This document shows, piece after piece, positions 1 to 9,684 of a DNA stretch of 64,000 bases (position 1 is its first letter; every line of letters begins with the position of its first letter). Made by a program: the position numbers and the translations under genes. Below the pieces are notes generated by a model. That model had not been told where the DNA came from. It searched no databases and was given only the letters and a program-made list of their open reading frames with translations. The DNA is from Methanomassiliicoccus sp. (GTDB lineage: Archaea; Thermoplasmatota; Thermoplasmata; Methanomassiliicoccales; Methanomassiliicoccaceae). The DNA lies in NCBI GenBank assembly GCA_012719175.1, contig JAAYAX010000006.1, forward strand, positions 17,777 to 81,776, read 5' to 3'.

Positions 1-1136
1 GGTATGTCCAGCGAGGAGGGTATGTGCCCGCGGGATCGGCGTATGAAGAAGGTCCGGTCCTTGTACGTCCGGACCACCGAATCGTCGCAACGGTTGATGA
101 TCTCCCGATCATGCATCAGGTACAGCTCCGCTCCCAGGTCCAGGGCGTCGGTGTCACGGAGGACCATGGGCTCCCCCGGCGTGTTGGCCGAGGTCATGAC
201 CAGGGCGTCCTCCTGGAGGTAGTGGAACAGGAGGTGATGCATTCCGGTGTACGGCAAAAACATACCGATGGTGCTGAGGCCAGGGGCGAGCATCTCATTG
301 GCGGGTCCCTCCCTCTTCAGCACCAGGACCACTGGCCGGTGGGTCGAGAGCAGAAGCCTCTCCTCGAATGGTGTGGGCATACCGTACCGACGGGCGGCCT
401 CCAGGTCCCGGACCATGATGGCGAATGGCTTCTGGTCCCGGCGGTACCAGGTGCGCAGGTGCGGGATGGTGGGCAATGTCGAACAGATGTGCATGCCCCC
501 CCAGCTCTTGGCGACGCCTATAGCCCCTTCGTGAAGCCTCTCCGCAAAGGCCTGGATGGGGTCCTCTCCATCAATGTGGTTCCCATCGCTGTCCAGCAGA
601 TAGTAGGAAGGGCCGCACCGGGGGCAGGATATCGTCTGGTGATGGAACCTTCTCTCCAAGGGGTCATCGTACTCGTTCCGGCACTCCGGGTCCATGGGGA
701 AGTCCCTCATGGAGGTCTTGACCCTATCATACGGAAGGTCCTGGATTATTGTGAACCGAGCCCCGCAGTTGGTACAGTTCGTGAAGGGGTATAGGTACCT
801 ACGGTCCGCTGGATCGAACATATCCCGGAGGCAGTCTTCGCACACCGCCGTATCGTTAGGGATCCCCACGCCCTTCTCCCCGGTGGAGCTGGGAACGATC
901 TTGAAACCTTCCCCCAACACCTCGCAGGGGGTCATCTCCACCGAGTCCAACCGCGCCAGGGGCGGTAACTCCTGCTGCAGACGCCGGACGAACTCCTCGG
1001 CCTCACGGTCCACCACGATGACGACGTTGGAACCGTTGTTCTGCACATGGCCACGTAATCCCATGGAGCTAGCGATCCGATAGACAGTGGGGCGGAATCC
1101 TACTCCCTGAACGATGCCATGGACAGTGATCTTCAT
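1..1136 (-). CDS. hypF: carbamoyltransferase HypF ([NiFe]-hydrogenase maturation), N-terminal 378 aa; gene continues past window start
   Basis: Own translation of minus strand from ATG at 1136 (absent from ORF track because no stop in window): MKITVHGIVQGVGFRPTVYRIA acylphosphatase domain, paired zinc fingers CEDC..CTNCGARF and CRNEY..CPRCGP, YrdC-like KSWGGMHI..RRDQKPFAIM; open reading frame to position 1. Confidence 0.9.
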   Translation of the reverse strand, partial: MKITVHGIVQGVGFRPTVYRIASSMGLRGHVQNNGSNVVIVVDREAEEFVRRLQQELPPLARLDSVEMTPCEVLGEGFKIVPSSTGEKGVGIPNDTAVCEDCLRDMFDPADRRYLYPFTNCTNCGARFTIIQDLPYDRVKTSMRDFPMDPECRNEYDDPLERRFHHQTISCPRCGPSYYLLDSDGNHIDGEDPIQAFAERLHEGAIGVAKSWGGMHICSTLPTIPHLRTWYRRDQKPFAIMVRDLEAARRYGMPTPFEERLLLSTHRPVVLVLKREGPANEMLAPGLSTIGMFLPYTGMHHLLFHYLQEDALVMTSANTPGEPMVLRDTDALDLGAELYLMHDREIINRCDDSVVRTYKDRTFFIRRSRGHIPSSLDI

Positions 1137-1227
1137 CTCCTCATTCCAACTCTTTGAGGTTATATGACCTTTTGCCGATAACAGCTATATCTCCGGTATC
1201 TTATGGAGCATCAGTTTGGGGGATCCC

Positions 1228-1620
1228 ATGGCGCATAGGAGCATCGTCAAGGAAGGATTGAGGTACACCGCTGACCACGAATGGGTCAAGATGGAGAATA
1301 GGAACGCACGTGTAGGCATAACCGATCATGCCCAGAACCAGCTGACAGAGATAGTGTTCATAGAGCTACCCCAGAAGGGTAAGCACTATCAGAGGGGTGA
1401 GGTCCTGGGTCAGCTGGAGAGCGTGAAGACCGTGGCCGCCGTGTATGCGCCGGTGAGCGGCGAGGTGACCGAGGTCAACACCGTGCTGGAGGAACAGACC
1501 CAGCTCATCAACGAATCCCCCTACGACGAGGGATGGATGGCCATCATTAGGATGGACGAGCCTGAGGCGGAGGTCCATCTCCTGGACGAGAGCGGTTACC
1601 GAAAGGTGATAGGGGATTAG
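1228..1620 (+). CDS. gcvH: glycine cleavage system H protein / lipoyl carrier
   Basis: TADHEWVK..VGITDHAQ..LESVKTVAAVYAPVSGEV lipoyl-lysine motif; track ORF starts at TTG 1216, first ATG is 1228. Confidence 0.9.
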   Translation: MAHRSIVKEGLRYTADHEWVKMENRNARVGITDHAQNQLTEIVFIELPQKGKHYQRGEVLGQLESVKTVAAVYAPVSGEVTEVNTVLEEQTQLINESPYDEGWMAIIRMDEPEAEVHLLDESGYRKVIGD

Positions 1621-1718
1621 GTTTCAGGCACCCCAGCCTTAGCCCGCGACCCGGTGGCCGGCCCCCCGGTCTTTTAAATACGGGCCATCCCGACGGCGTT
1701 GTTCGTTATTCAGGAGGT

Positions 1719-2504
1719 TCAGATTCCTGCGTCCTTCAGAGTATGGGGGCAGGCGCACTTGCTTCTCTTCTCCGGGATCTTGGGCAATGTGGCGGAGATC
1801 AGCCTGCGGACCTTCTCCACGTTCTCGGCCATCACTCTCAGGACAGTGGGCAGGTCCACCGGCTCCGGCGCCCACACATCGTAGTCGGTGATGGTGGCCA
1901 GGGAGGTGTAGCACATGTCCAGCTCCCTCGCCAGCTGGCACTCCGGGACTAGGGTCATCCCGATTATGTCGGCGTAGCTACGGAACATATTGGACTCCGC
2001 TCGAGTGGAGAACCGGGGGCCCTCTATGCACACATAGGTCCCGCCCACATGGAGAGGTATCTTCAGCTTCTTCGCCTCCTTGGCGAATAGGGAGTTCATC
2101 TCCTCGCAGAAGGGGTCGGCCAAGGAGATGTGAACTGTCCTGGACCCGTCATAGAATGTATAGTCCCGGCGCTTAGTGAGATCGATGAACTGGTCCACGA
2201 TGACCAGGTCCCCCGGGCGGTAATCCTCCTTCAGCGAGCCCACGGCGCAGGGAGAGACTATCCTATCCACCCCTAGCTGTTTCAAAGCCCATATGTTGGC
2301 CCGGTAGTTGATCATGTGGGGCGGCAGCACATGCCCGCTCCCGTGACGGGCGAGGAAGGCCACCTCCACCCCGTCCATGGTACCCACTTGAACGCAGTCG
2401 GAGGGCGGTCCGTACGGTGTCGATAAAGAGATCTTTTCCTTGATGTCGAATATCTTGGGGTCGTATACTCCAGTTCCGCCGATGATCCCGATGCGTGGTG
2501 CCAT
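1719..2504 (-). CDS. mtnP: S-methyl-5-thioadenosine phosphorylase (PNP family)
   Basis: IGIIGGTGVYDP..FLARHG.GH..PPH.INYRANIWALK.LGV motifs typical of MTAP. Confidence 0.85.
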   Translation of the reverse strand: MAPRIGIIGGTGVYDPKIFDIKEKISLSTPYGPPSDCVQVGTMDGVEVAFLARHGSGHVLPPHMINYRANIWALKQLGVDRIVSPCAVGSLKEDYRPGDLVIVDQFIDLTKRRDYTFYDGSRTVHISLADPFCEEMNSLFAKEAKKLKIPLHVGGTYVCIEGPRFSTRAESNMFRSYADIIGMTLVPECQLARELDMCYTSLATITDYDVWAPEPVDLPTVLRVMAENVEKVRRLISATLPKIPEKRSKCACPHTLKDAGI

Positions 2505-2595
2505 GGACCGCGCATATTATCCCAGCCTAATAAATTCGATGTCGGTCAAGCGAACAATGGAAGCGAGCCTTTTTTTATGGAAGGAAAATATCCCA

Positions 2596-3129
2596 ATGCC
2601 GAACAGAATGGCGGTCAAAGCTGAGATGAACCCTGTCCGGGGAATCCGGACCTTCCCCGCCTTCCCTCTGGTATTGGGCGTGGTCGGGAAGGAGGAACGT
2701 AATATCATCACCCTCTCCTTGGTGCACGTATTTTCATTCAATCCACCTCTGATCGGGGTCGGCATCTCGCCATCACGGCACAGTCACGAGCTCTTCCATC
2801 GCTCCCCCGACTTCAGCATCAACATTCCTCCAAAGGAATTGGTGGAGGAGTCCATATTCTGCGGTGAGAAGTCCGGAAAGGACATGGACAAGTTCGAGGA
2901 GACCGGCCTCACTGCCGTTCCCGGAAAGAAGATAGGAACGCCGATCATAGAAGAATGCCTGGTGAACCTGGAGTGCCAGAAGACCCAGGTCTTCGATACC
3001 GGTGACCATACGTGGTTCCTGGGAGAGGTGGTGTGCGCGCAGGCGGTGGAGAACTATGATCGGGAACGTGCGCTCATCTACTGGGCAGGGGAGTTCCGAA
3101 CCGTGGGAGAGATCATCAGAGGCCGCTGA
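2596..3129 (+). CDS. flavin reductase-like FMN-binding domain protein
   Basis: FPLVLGVVGKEERNIITLS..FSFNPPLIGVGISPSRHSHEL..GDHTWFLGEVV resembles flavoredoxin/flavin reductase fold; start moved to first ATG (2596) not overlapping mtnP. Confidence 0.65.
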   Translation: MPNRMAVKAEMNPVRGIRTFPAFPLVLGVVGKEERNIITLSLVHVFSFNPPLIGVGISPSRHSHELFHRSPDFSINIPPKELVEESIFCGEKSGKDMDKFEETGLTAVPGKKIGTPIIEECLVNLECQKTQVFDTGDHTWFLGEVVCAQAVENYDRERALIYWAGEFRTVGEIIRGR

Positions 3130-4205
3130 TGCGCTTCCCGTCCGATCCCCTGGAGGATTGGGCCGTGCACTGCCACCGCAGAGGCGCCACCATATCCTTG
3201 GACAGCAGCGGAGCGTCCACTCCCGGCCCTGACGAGTTCCCTCTTAGGGTGGAGGAGTTGGGTGATGAGGCCGAGGCGGAGGCCGAGCTCCGGGAGGCCC
3301 TATGTCGGGCTTATGGCGTTGATGACGACATGATCGCCCTCACCATGGGTGCCCAGCATGCCGATTTCCTGTTCTTCCTGACACACCTGAACCCCAGCGA
3401 TAAGGCAGTGGTGGAGAGCCCCACGTTCATGCCCATTCGCCGCCAGGCGGAGGAGGTCGCTAGAGTGTCGAGCCTGGAGCGTTCCCCGGCGAAGGCGTAC
3501 GTTCCGGATATGCAGGACCTCAGCGATAATCTCCGGAGCGGGGCCAAGGTGGTCGCGCTCACCAACCTTCACAACCCCTCGGGCGCCATGCTGGGCGATG
3601 AGGTCCTTTCCGGGATCGTGGACGAGGCCCAGCGTACGGGAGCATTGGTCCTGGTGGATGAGGTGTTCAGAGAGATGAGCTATGGGCCAGTTCCCAAGGG
3701 CGCGTACCAGTTGGGGGATAACGGAGTGTCCGTCTCCAGCGTCACCAAGCTCAATGGCCTGCGAGGGCTGAGGGTAGGGTGGCTCCTGGGACCGCCCCCC
3801 GTGGCCAGGGCGGTGGAGGCCGCCCGGTTGTACACCAGCTACAGGCTGCCGGCATGGTCATGCCGCCACGCCGCGGAGGCCGTGAGGCGGCGTGAGTGGT
3901 TCCGGGAGCGCGCGCTGCAACACGCCCATGAGAACCTACCAGCTGTTGAGGACTGGCTTCGGAGGGAGACCCGCGTCCGCTGTCATCGTCCCCAGGGGGC
4001 CTTCATGGCACACATCGTCCTGCCGCGGGGGATCGATGACCTGGAGCTGAGCGAACGGCTACTGGATCGAGGGGTGGCCGTGGGTCCGGGACGCTACTGG
4101 GGGGCTCCCGGCACAATAAGGTTGACCTTCTCCTGTCCGCGCTCCCAGCTGGAGGTCGGTATGGCCTACATATCCGAGGTCCTGGACCTCCTGACCCGGG
4201 GTTGA
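3129..4205 (+). CDS. class I/II PLP-dependent aminotransferase
   Basis: LTNLHNPSG, VLVDEVF, SVTKLNGLRGLRVGWL (PLP-lysine context); 1-nt TGATG stop/start overlap with upstream gene. Confidence 0.75.
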   Translation: MRFPSDPLEDWAVHCHRRGATISLDSSGASTPGPDEFPLRVEELGDEAEAEAELREALCRAYGVDDDMIALTMGAQHADFLFFLTHLNPSDKAVVESPTFMPIRRQAEEVARVSSLERSPAKAYVPDMQDLSDNLRSGAKVVALTNLHNPSGAMLGDEVLSGIVDEAQRTGALVLVDEVFREMSYGPVPKGAYQLGDNGVSVSSVTKLNGLRGLRVGWLLGPPPVARAVEAARLYTSYRLPAWSCRHAAEAVRRREWFRERALQHAHENLPAVEDWLRRETRVRCHRPQGAFMAHIVLPRGIDDLELSERLLDRGVAVGPGRYWGAPGTIRLTFSCPRSQLEVGMAYISEVLDLLTRG

Positions 4206-4211
4206 GATCGC

Positions 4212-5036
4212 TCACTGCAGGGGATGGGCTCGGGGATATGAGCCCAGAACTTTTACGAAAGCTGCCCGGCGCACCAGATCGGTGAGGGCCTCGGCGACCT
4301 TGGGATCATTGACATGGCCGTCGATGTCGACGAAGAACACGTACTCCCAGGCCCGCCCCTTCCGGGGCCTGGACTCCACCTTGGTCATGTTGATCCCCCT
4401 GCTGGCGAAGGCCCCCATGGCCTCATAGAGCATCCCCGGGACGTTGCGGGTGGCGAAGGCCAAGGAGGTTTTATCCCCTCTGTCCAGCAAGCGCGAGGCC
4501 CTCTGGATGGCGAAGAACCGAGTGAAGTTCTCCTCGCTGTTCTGTACTCCCTCGCGCAGCACTTCCAGGCCATAGAACCTTGCCGCCCGGCAGGAGGCGA
4601 TGGCCGCCTCCTCTGGGAGTGCATTGTCGCGGACGTGCCGCGCCGAGCCCGCAGTGTCGAACGAGGGCACCTTCTCCCATTGAGGGAACTTGGCCAGGAA
4701 CGTTCGGCACTGTCCTAATGCTTGGGGGTGGGAGTAGACCCGCCTGATGCGCGTTATGTCCGATCCGGGGTTCACCATGAGGCAGTGGACGACCGGCACC
4801 AGGACCTCGCCCACGATGATGAGGTCGTTCTCCAACAGAAGGTCGTTCACGGCCGCCACCGTCCCTTCCAGGGAGTTCTCCACGGGGACCATCCCATAGT
4901 CCGCCTCCCTCAGCTCCACCGCGCGGAACACGCTCTCGAAGTCCGGGCAGGGCAGGGTTTGCACCTCCTTGAAGAACAGGGCCACCGCATCCTCGGAGAA
5001 CGCACCTTCGACGCCCTGGAACGCCACCTTCACCAT
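4212..5036 (-). CDS. pheA: prephenate dehydratase with C-terminal ACT domain (no chorismate mutase domain)
   Basis: VAFQGVEGAFSE, NFTRFFAI, ESRP motifs; track start 5045 is GTG, ATG at 5036 lies 1 nt after lysC stop. Confidence 0.9.
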   Translation of the reverse strand: MVKVAFQGVEGAFSEDAVALFFKEVQTLPCPDFESVFRAVELREADYGMVPVENSLEGTVAAVNDLLLENDLIIVGEVLVPVVHCLMVNPGSDITRIRRVYSHPQALGQCRTFLAKFPQWEKVPSFDTAGSARHVRDNALPEEAAIASCRAARFYGLEVLREGVQNSEENFTRFFAIQRASRLLDRGDKTSLAFATRNVPGMLYEAMGAFASRGINMTKVESRPRKGRAWEYVFFVDIDGHVNDPKVAEALTDLVRRAAFVKVLGSYPRAHPLQ

Positions 5037-5037
5037 G

Positions 5038-6405
5038 TCAACCACCGAAGAACTCCTGGTGGATGGTCTTGGTGGTGACCTCCAGGTCCTTCCTCTTCAC
5101 GGTGAACGTCAGGGCCACGGTGGATGCCCCGGCGGATATGAGCCCGATATTGGTGCCGGTCTTGGCCACGATGGCGAAGACCCTGCCGGCGATGCCTACC
5201 TTCTGGCCCAGCCCCTCGCCTACCAGGCACAGCAGGGCGACGTCGCGGACGGTCTCGAAGCGGTCCACGACCCCCCGCTTGGCGTCGGACAGGGCTTTCT
5301 CCGCATGCTTCAGCTCCTTTTCCTCGATGAGCAGGGACAAGCACGTCTGTGAGGTGGCGGCCGAGTAGATGTTTATACCCGCCTCCGACAGCAGCACGCT
5401 GATCTCGGACATGACACCAGACTTCGATCCCAGCCCAGAGCCGTACACCTTGAGCATGGCCATGTTAGGCATGCTGGATATGCTCTTGATGGTCTTGCGG
5501 CCCTCGACCCCTTTGGGGTTGATGGCCGTACCCTCGTAATCAGGCTTGAACACGTTCTTCACTTTGATGGTGATGCTCTTGGCCCTCGCCGGTTCCACTG
5601 TACGGGGATGCAGGACCTTGGCCCCGAAGTAGGACAGTTCCGCGGCCTCCTCGTACGACAGCTGGCTTATGGGAACGGCGGTCGGCACCACCTTGGGATC
5701 GGCGGACATGAACCCGTCCACGTCCTTCCAGATCTCTAGGCTGTCCGCGTCGATAGCGTTGGCGATGATACTAGCGCTGTAGTCGGTCCCGTTCCTCCCC
5801 AGCAGGGTTATGTGGCCCTCCGGCGTCTTACCGAAGAAGCCGGTGACCACGGGTACCTCCTGCCGCTTGAACATCTCGTATATGCGTGGAGCGACGTTGT
5901 TCCTGGTGGTCTCCATCTCCACTGTGGCCGAGCCGTAGGTGCCGTCGGTGATGATCCCCAGCTCGTCCGCCTCCACGGGCATGGCGTTCACACCCATCTC
6001 CTGCAACATGGCGGCCATGATGATTACGCTCATCCTCTCGCCGAACGACTGCACCAGGTCCTTGGTCCGGGGGGTCAGTTCCTCGAGGTATATGATGCCG
6101 TACAGGATCCTTTCCAATCGCACCAGTTGGGAAGTGAGGAGGCTAACGGCCGTCTGCTTCACATCCATACTGTTGGCGACCTCGGTCAGTATCCGGAGAT
6201 GACGGTCCCGCAGGTCCTTTATGAAACGCTGGACCTCCTCCTCGTTGCGTCCCGCGGACATGAACTTGAGCAGCGAGTCGGTTATCCCCTGGATGGCGGA
6301 CACGACGACCACCTTCTCCTCCTGGTCGGAGGAGATGATCTTGCCCACGCTGATCATGCTGGTGCCGTCCTTGAGGGATGAGCCACCGAACTTGAGGACC
6401 TTCAT
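5038..6405 (-). CDS. lysC: aspartate kinase
   Basis: [12 protein letters not shown]-terminus, amino-acid kinase fold, two C-terminal ACT-like segments. Confidence 0.92.
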   Translation of the reverse strand: MKVLKFGGSSLKDGTSMISVGKIISSDQEEKVVVVSAIQGITDSLLKFMSAGRNEEEVQRFIKDLRDRHLRILTEVANSMDVKQTAVSLLTSQLVRLERILYGIIYLEELTPRTKDLVQSFGERMSVIIMAAMLQEMGVNAMPVEADELGIITDGTYGSATVEMETTRNNVAPRIYEMFKRQEVPVVTGFFGKTPEGHITLLGRNGTDYSASIIANAIDADSLEIWKDVDGFMSADPKVVPTAVPISQLSYEEAAELSYFGAKVLHPRTVEPARAKSITIKVKNVFKPDYEGTAINPKGVEGRKTIKSISSMPNMAMLKVYGSGLGSKSGVMSEISVLLSEAGINIYSAATSQTCLSLLIEEKELKHAEKALSDAKRGVVDRFETVRDVALLCLVGEGLGQKVGIAGRVFAIVAKTGTNIGLISAGASTVALTFTVKRKDLEVTTKTIHQEFFGG

Positions 6406-7061
6406 CCTTCCCTGACCCTCCGCACAATCTCCTTAGGCGTACGGTACACGCAGATCTCCGCCTCGTCCTGGGTCAAGCCTGCACCCATGGCCACGAGGAT
6501 GGCCCGCTCCTCGGAGATGATGTCGTAGGGCGAGTGGGTGTCGGAGTTGACCACCATGCGAGCGTCGACCTTACGGGCCATCCGCACCACGTGCCCGTTG
6601 GTGAGGCAATGGGAGGGCCGGGAGGTGATCTCCAGGACCACGCCGTTATCGGCCGCTGCCTGGGCATCCTCCATGGTGATGAACCCGGGGTGGGCCAGGA
6701 TATCCACGTCGGGGTTGTTCACGGCAGCCCTGTTGGTCCCCCTCTCCACCGGTTCGGATATGGTCTCGCCGTGCACCACGATGATCTCCGCCCCAGCCTT
6801 TCTGGACCTGGCGACCATGTCGTCAAGGCGGTTGGCAGGGATATGGGTAAGCTCCACACCCACGATCATGTCCAAGTCCCATTCCCGAGCATAGGGGACA
6901 TCCCGTTTGGTCTCCCGGATGATCCTCTCGACGTTGCTGGCATCCGCATGATCGGTCACCGCGATGGCCTCATGCCGCATCACCGCGGCCCGTCGGGCAA
7001 GCTCTATGGGCAATAGTTCCCCATCGCTATGCAGGGTGTGCATGTGAAGATCTATCCTCAT
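6402..7061 (-). CDS. PHP-family phosphoesterase (COG1387-like), candidate histidinol-phosphate phosphatase
   Basis: [13 protein letters not shown]-terminal PHP motif, later HG/H..D metal ligands; ATGA overlaps with hisIE upstream and lysC downstream. Confidence 0.7.
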   Translation of the reverse strand: MRIDLHMHTLHSDGELLPIELARRAAVMRHEAIAVTDHADASNVERIIRETKRDVPYAREWDLDMIVGVELTHIPANRLDDMVARSRKAGAEIIVVHGETISEPVERGTNRAAVNNPDVDILAHPGFITMEDAQAAADNGVVLEITSRPSHCLTNGHVVRMARKVDARMVVNSDTHSPYDIISEERAILVAMGAGLTQDEAEICVYRTPKEIVRRVREG

Positions 7062-7678
7062 TTCCGTCTCCCTCCCTTATGCCTCTCGCTGAGCTTCATG
7101 AAGACCTCCTCCAGGGGCAGTTCGAGGTACTCGTACAGGACCATCTGATGATATATGAGGTCAGCGGCCTCCCACACCTGACCGTCATGGTCCTTGCCCT
7201 TGCCGGCGATGGCCAGTTCCCCTGCCTCCTCGATCACCTTCTTGAGCACCTTGTCCTCGTTGGACAGGAGCTGATTGGTATAGCTTCCCTCTTGGGGGTT
7301 CTCCTTCCGATCTCTGATGATCCTCCTGAGCTCCGGGACGATGGCCGCGGTCCCTCCCACGTCGCCATAGAGGACGTCGCTGAAGCAGGACGGGCGCTCC
7401 AAGTGGCACGCGTTCCCGGTCTGGCGTACCCGGACCAGCAGAGTGTCGGCATCGCAATCGGTCTGAATGCTAACGATGTCCTGCACGTGTCCGGACTCCT
7501 CGCCCTTCATCCATAGCTTCTGGCGCGACCGGGACCAGAAATGGGTTCTCCCGGTGCTGAGCATGAGCTCGTAAGCCTCCTGGTTGGTCCACGCCATCAT
7601 CAGGACCTCGTTGGTCAGGGCATCCTGGACGATGACCGGCAGGAGGCCGTCCTCGTTGAACCTCAATCCCTCGCTCAT
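7058..7678 (-). CDS. hisI: bifunctional phosphoribosyl-AMP cyclohydrolase / phosphoribosyl-ATP pyrophosphatase
   Basis: [31 protein letters not shown] (HisI) then LL..KV.EEAGE (HisE). Confidence 0.92.
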   Translation of the reverse strand: MSEGLRFNEDGLLPVIVQDALTNEVLMMAWTNQEAYELMLSTGRTHFWSRSRQKLWMKGEESGHVQDIVSIQTDCDADTLLVRVRQTGNACHLERPSCFSDVLYGDVGGTAAIVPELRRIIRDRKENPQEGSYTNQLLSNEDKVLKKVIEEAGELAIAGKGKDHDGQVWEAADLIYHQMVLYEYLELPLEEVFMKLSERHKGGRRK

Positions 7679-8427
7679 CTTACCAGGACCCCCCGGTCAG
7701 CGAGATACTTCTTGACGTCCCCCACAGTGTACGTGCCGTAGTGAAAGATGGAGGCCGCCAAGGCCGCGGAGGCGTTGGTCTCGGCGAACACCTGATAGAT
7801 ATGTTCGGGATTTCCGCATCCGCCTGAGGCGATGACCGGGATGGTGACCGTGTCCGCTACCAACTGTGTGAGCTTGATGTCGTACCCGTCGGTGGTCCCG
7901 TCGGCGTCCATGCTCGTTAGGAGGATCTCCCCCGCACCGCGGTCCTCCATCTCGTAGGCCCAGTCCACGGCATCGAGCTCGGTGCGCTGACGGCCCCCAT
8001 GGGTATAGACCTTCCATCGACCCCGTTCCTTCTTGGCATCGATGGCCACCACCACGCACTGGCTCCCGAAGTCCTCGGCGCAGGCGGTGATGAGGTTGGG
8101 ATCATGCACCGCCGAGGTGTTCACCGAGACCTTGTCCGCGCCGGCGTTGAGGGCCAGCCTCATATCCTCCTTGGAGCGTATACCGCCGCCTACGGTCAGA
8201 GGGACGAACAGGCCCTCGGCGGTCTTCTCCACCACTTCCAGCAGCGTCTTGCGGGCATCCGAGGAGGCGGTGATGTCCAAGAACACCACCTCATCGGCCC
8301 CCTGCTCCTCATATGCCTTGGCCAGGTCCGGAGGGTAGCCCACACCGGTGAGGTTTTGGAACTTGACCCCCTTGACGACCTTTCCGTCGGTGACATCGAG
8401 GCATGGAATGATGCGCTTGGTGAGCAT
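7675..8427 (-). CDS. hisF: imidazole glycerol phosphate synthase cyclase subunit
   Basis: [25 protein letters not shown], canonical HisF barrel motifs. Confidence 0.95.
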   Translation of the reverse strand: MLTKRIIPCLDVTDGKVVKGVKFQNLTGVGYPPDLAKAYEEQGADEVVFLDITASSDARKTLLEVVEKTAEGLFVPLTVGGGIRSKEDMRLALNAGADKVSVNTSAVHDPNLITACAEDFGSQCVVVAIDAKKERGRWKVYTHGGRQRTELDAVDWAYEMEDRGAGEILLTSMDADGTTDGYDIKLTQLVADTVTIPVIASGGCGNPEHIYQVFAETNASAALAASIFHYGTYTVGDVKKYLADRGVLVR

Positions 8428-8428
8428 G

Positions 8429-8992
8429 TCAGCCGCTCCTGTACTTGACCGCGTCCTTGGTGCTGAGGACGTTCTCCCTCGGAACCACCGCCCTTTTCAG
8501 GGCGATCCCCAGGGCCTTGAAGCTCGCCTCTATCACATGGTGCTCGTCCATGCCGCGGTGGACGATGATATGGAGCGTTATACCCGAGGACATGGAGAAG
8601 GAACGCAGGAAGTGCGAGTACAGCGGGTCCGGGCAGTCGGCATCGCAGTACGGACGGTCCACGATGTCCAAGGAAACGGTCACCAGAGCATCGTCCATGG
8701 GCACCATGGCCGAGGCTATGCGCTCCACTGGGATGTCGGCGAGCGACTTCCGGAAGGCGGTCCCCAGGGCGATGGCCACATCCTCGATCAGGTGGTGAGG
8801 ATTGTCCCCCGTGGCCCGGAGCTCGAGGTCGAAGGAAGCATAGCGGGTGAGCGTCTCCAACATATGCCTGAGGAACTGGTCGTCCAGATCCACCTCGCTC
8901 TTCCCGCTCCCCTCCAGCAATAGGAACAGTGAGATGTCGGTCTCCTTGGTCTTGCGGGCCAGCTTCGCCTCTCTCATCATCACAGCCCCCAT
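8429..8992 (-). CDS. hisB: imidazoleglycerol-phosphate dehydratase (monofunctional, no HAD phosphatase domain)
   Basis: [11 protein letters not shown], 187 aa; alternative ATGs at 8980/8977. Confidence 0.92.
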   Translation of the reverse strand: MGAVMMREAKLARKTKETDISLFLLLEGSGKSEVDLDDQFLRHMLETLTRYASFDLELRATGDNPHHLIEDVAIALGTAFRKSLADIPVERIASAMVPMDDALVTVSLDIVDRPYCDADCPDPLYSHFLRSFSMSSGITLHIIVHRGMDEHHVIEASFKALGIALKRAVVPRENVLSTKDAVKYRSG

Positions 8993-9684
8993 ACCTGCTC
9001 TGGCCTGATAGTTCCCAGATACAGCGCCATCCCTACGATGACGGACTTGACCCCGATGTCCTCGAGGACCGCCAGGTCATCGAGGGTGGTGACCCCGCCG
9101 GAGATGATGACATCGTGGGGGCACATGCTCAGGAAGTTCTTCGTCTCCTGGACATCGATCCCCTTGGCCTTTCCCTCGACGTTGACGTTGGTGTGCAGCA
9201 CACCGCCCAGGGGGAGGCCCTCCGTGGCTTTCAGGACATCTTTTAGCTTGATCTTGGAGGACTCCTTCCACCCTTTCACCTGCACCTTTCCGTCCAGGGT
9301 GTCCAGGGCAAGGATGATCTTCCTTTGGTTGGACCTTGTCAGTTCAGCGAACCATATGGGATCTGTGATCGCCCTGGTCCCTACGACCACCTTGGAGGCG
9401 CCCAGGTTCAGTAGGGTCTCCGCCACCTCCGTGGTACGGATGCCTCCTCCTACTTGGATGGGGACCTGCACCCGGGACATGATCGAGGTTATGGCCTCGA
9501 AGTTGTCCCCCCGGCCCATGGCCGCGTTGAGGTCAACGACATGGATGGCCGGAGCTCCCTTCCTTTCCCAGTCCTGAGCTACCTCGCGGGGGTTCGACAG
9601 GGAGACCTTCTCGGTCCCGGGCTTTCCTCCAACGAGCTGGACGACCTTGCCGTCCATAAGGTCCACTGCAGGTAGTACTATCAT
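8980..9684 (-). CDS. hisA: ProFAR isomerase
   Basis: MIVLPAVDLMDGKVVQLVGG; track ORF (to 9930) is an artefactual N-extension across hisH; ATG 9684 forms ATGA with hisH stop. Confidence 0.9.
   Translation of the reverse strand: MIVLPAVDLMDGKVVQLVGGKPGTEKVSLSNPREVAQDWERKGAPAIHVVDLNAAMGRGDNFEAITSIMSRVQVPIQVGGGIRTTEVAETLLNLGASKVVVGTRAITDPIWFAELTRSNQRKIILALDTLDGKVQVKGWKESSKIKLKDVLKATEGLPLGGVLHTNVNVEGKAKGIDVQETKNFLSMCPHDVIISGGVTTLDDLAVLEDIGVKSVIVGMALYLGTIRPEQVWGL

Noticed and set aside
24-794. 256-aa plus-strand ORF at the window start
   Set aside because: Antisense to hypF. The hypF minus-strand translation shows unmistakable acylphosphatase, zinc-finger and YrdC motifs.
1618-1620. In-frame TAG read-through (pyrrolysine), considered because DUF1638 and the general gene content resemble methylotrophic methanogen relatives
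   Set aside because: TAG is used as an ordinary stop for gcvH and the ACT regulator, with nothing coding downstream. No split methyltransferase-like ORF pair separated by TAG occurs in the window.
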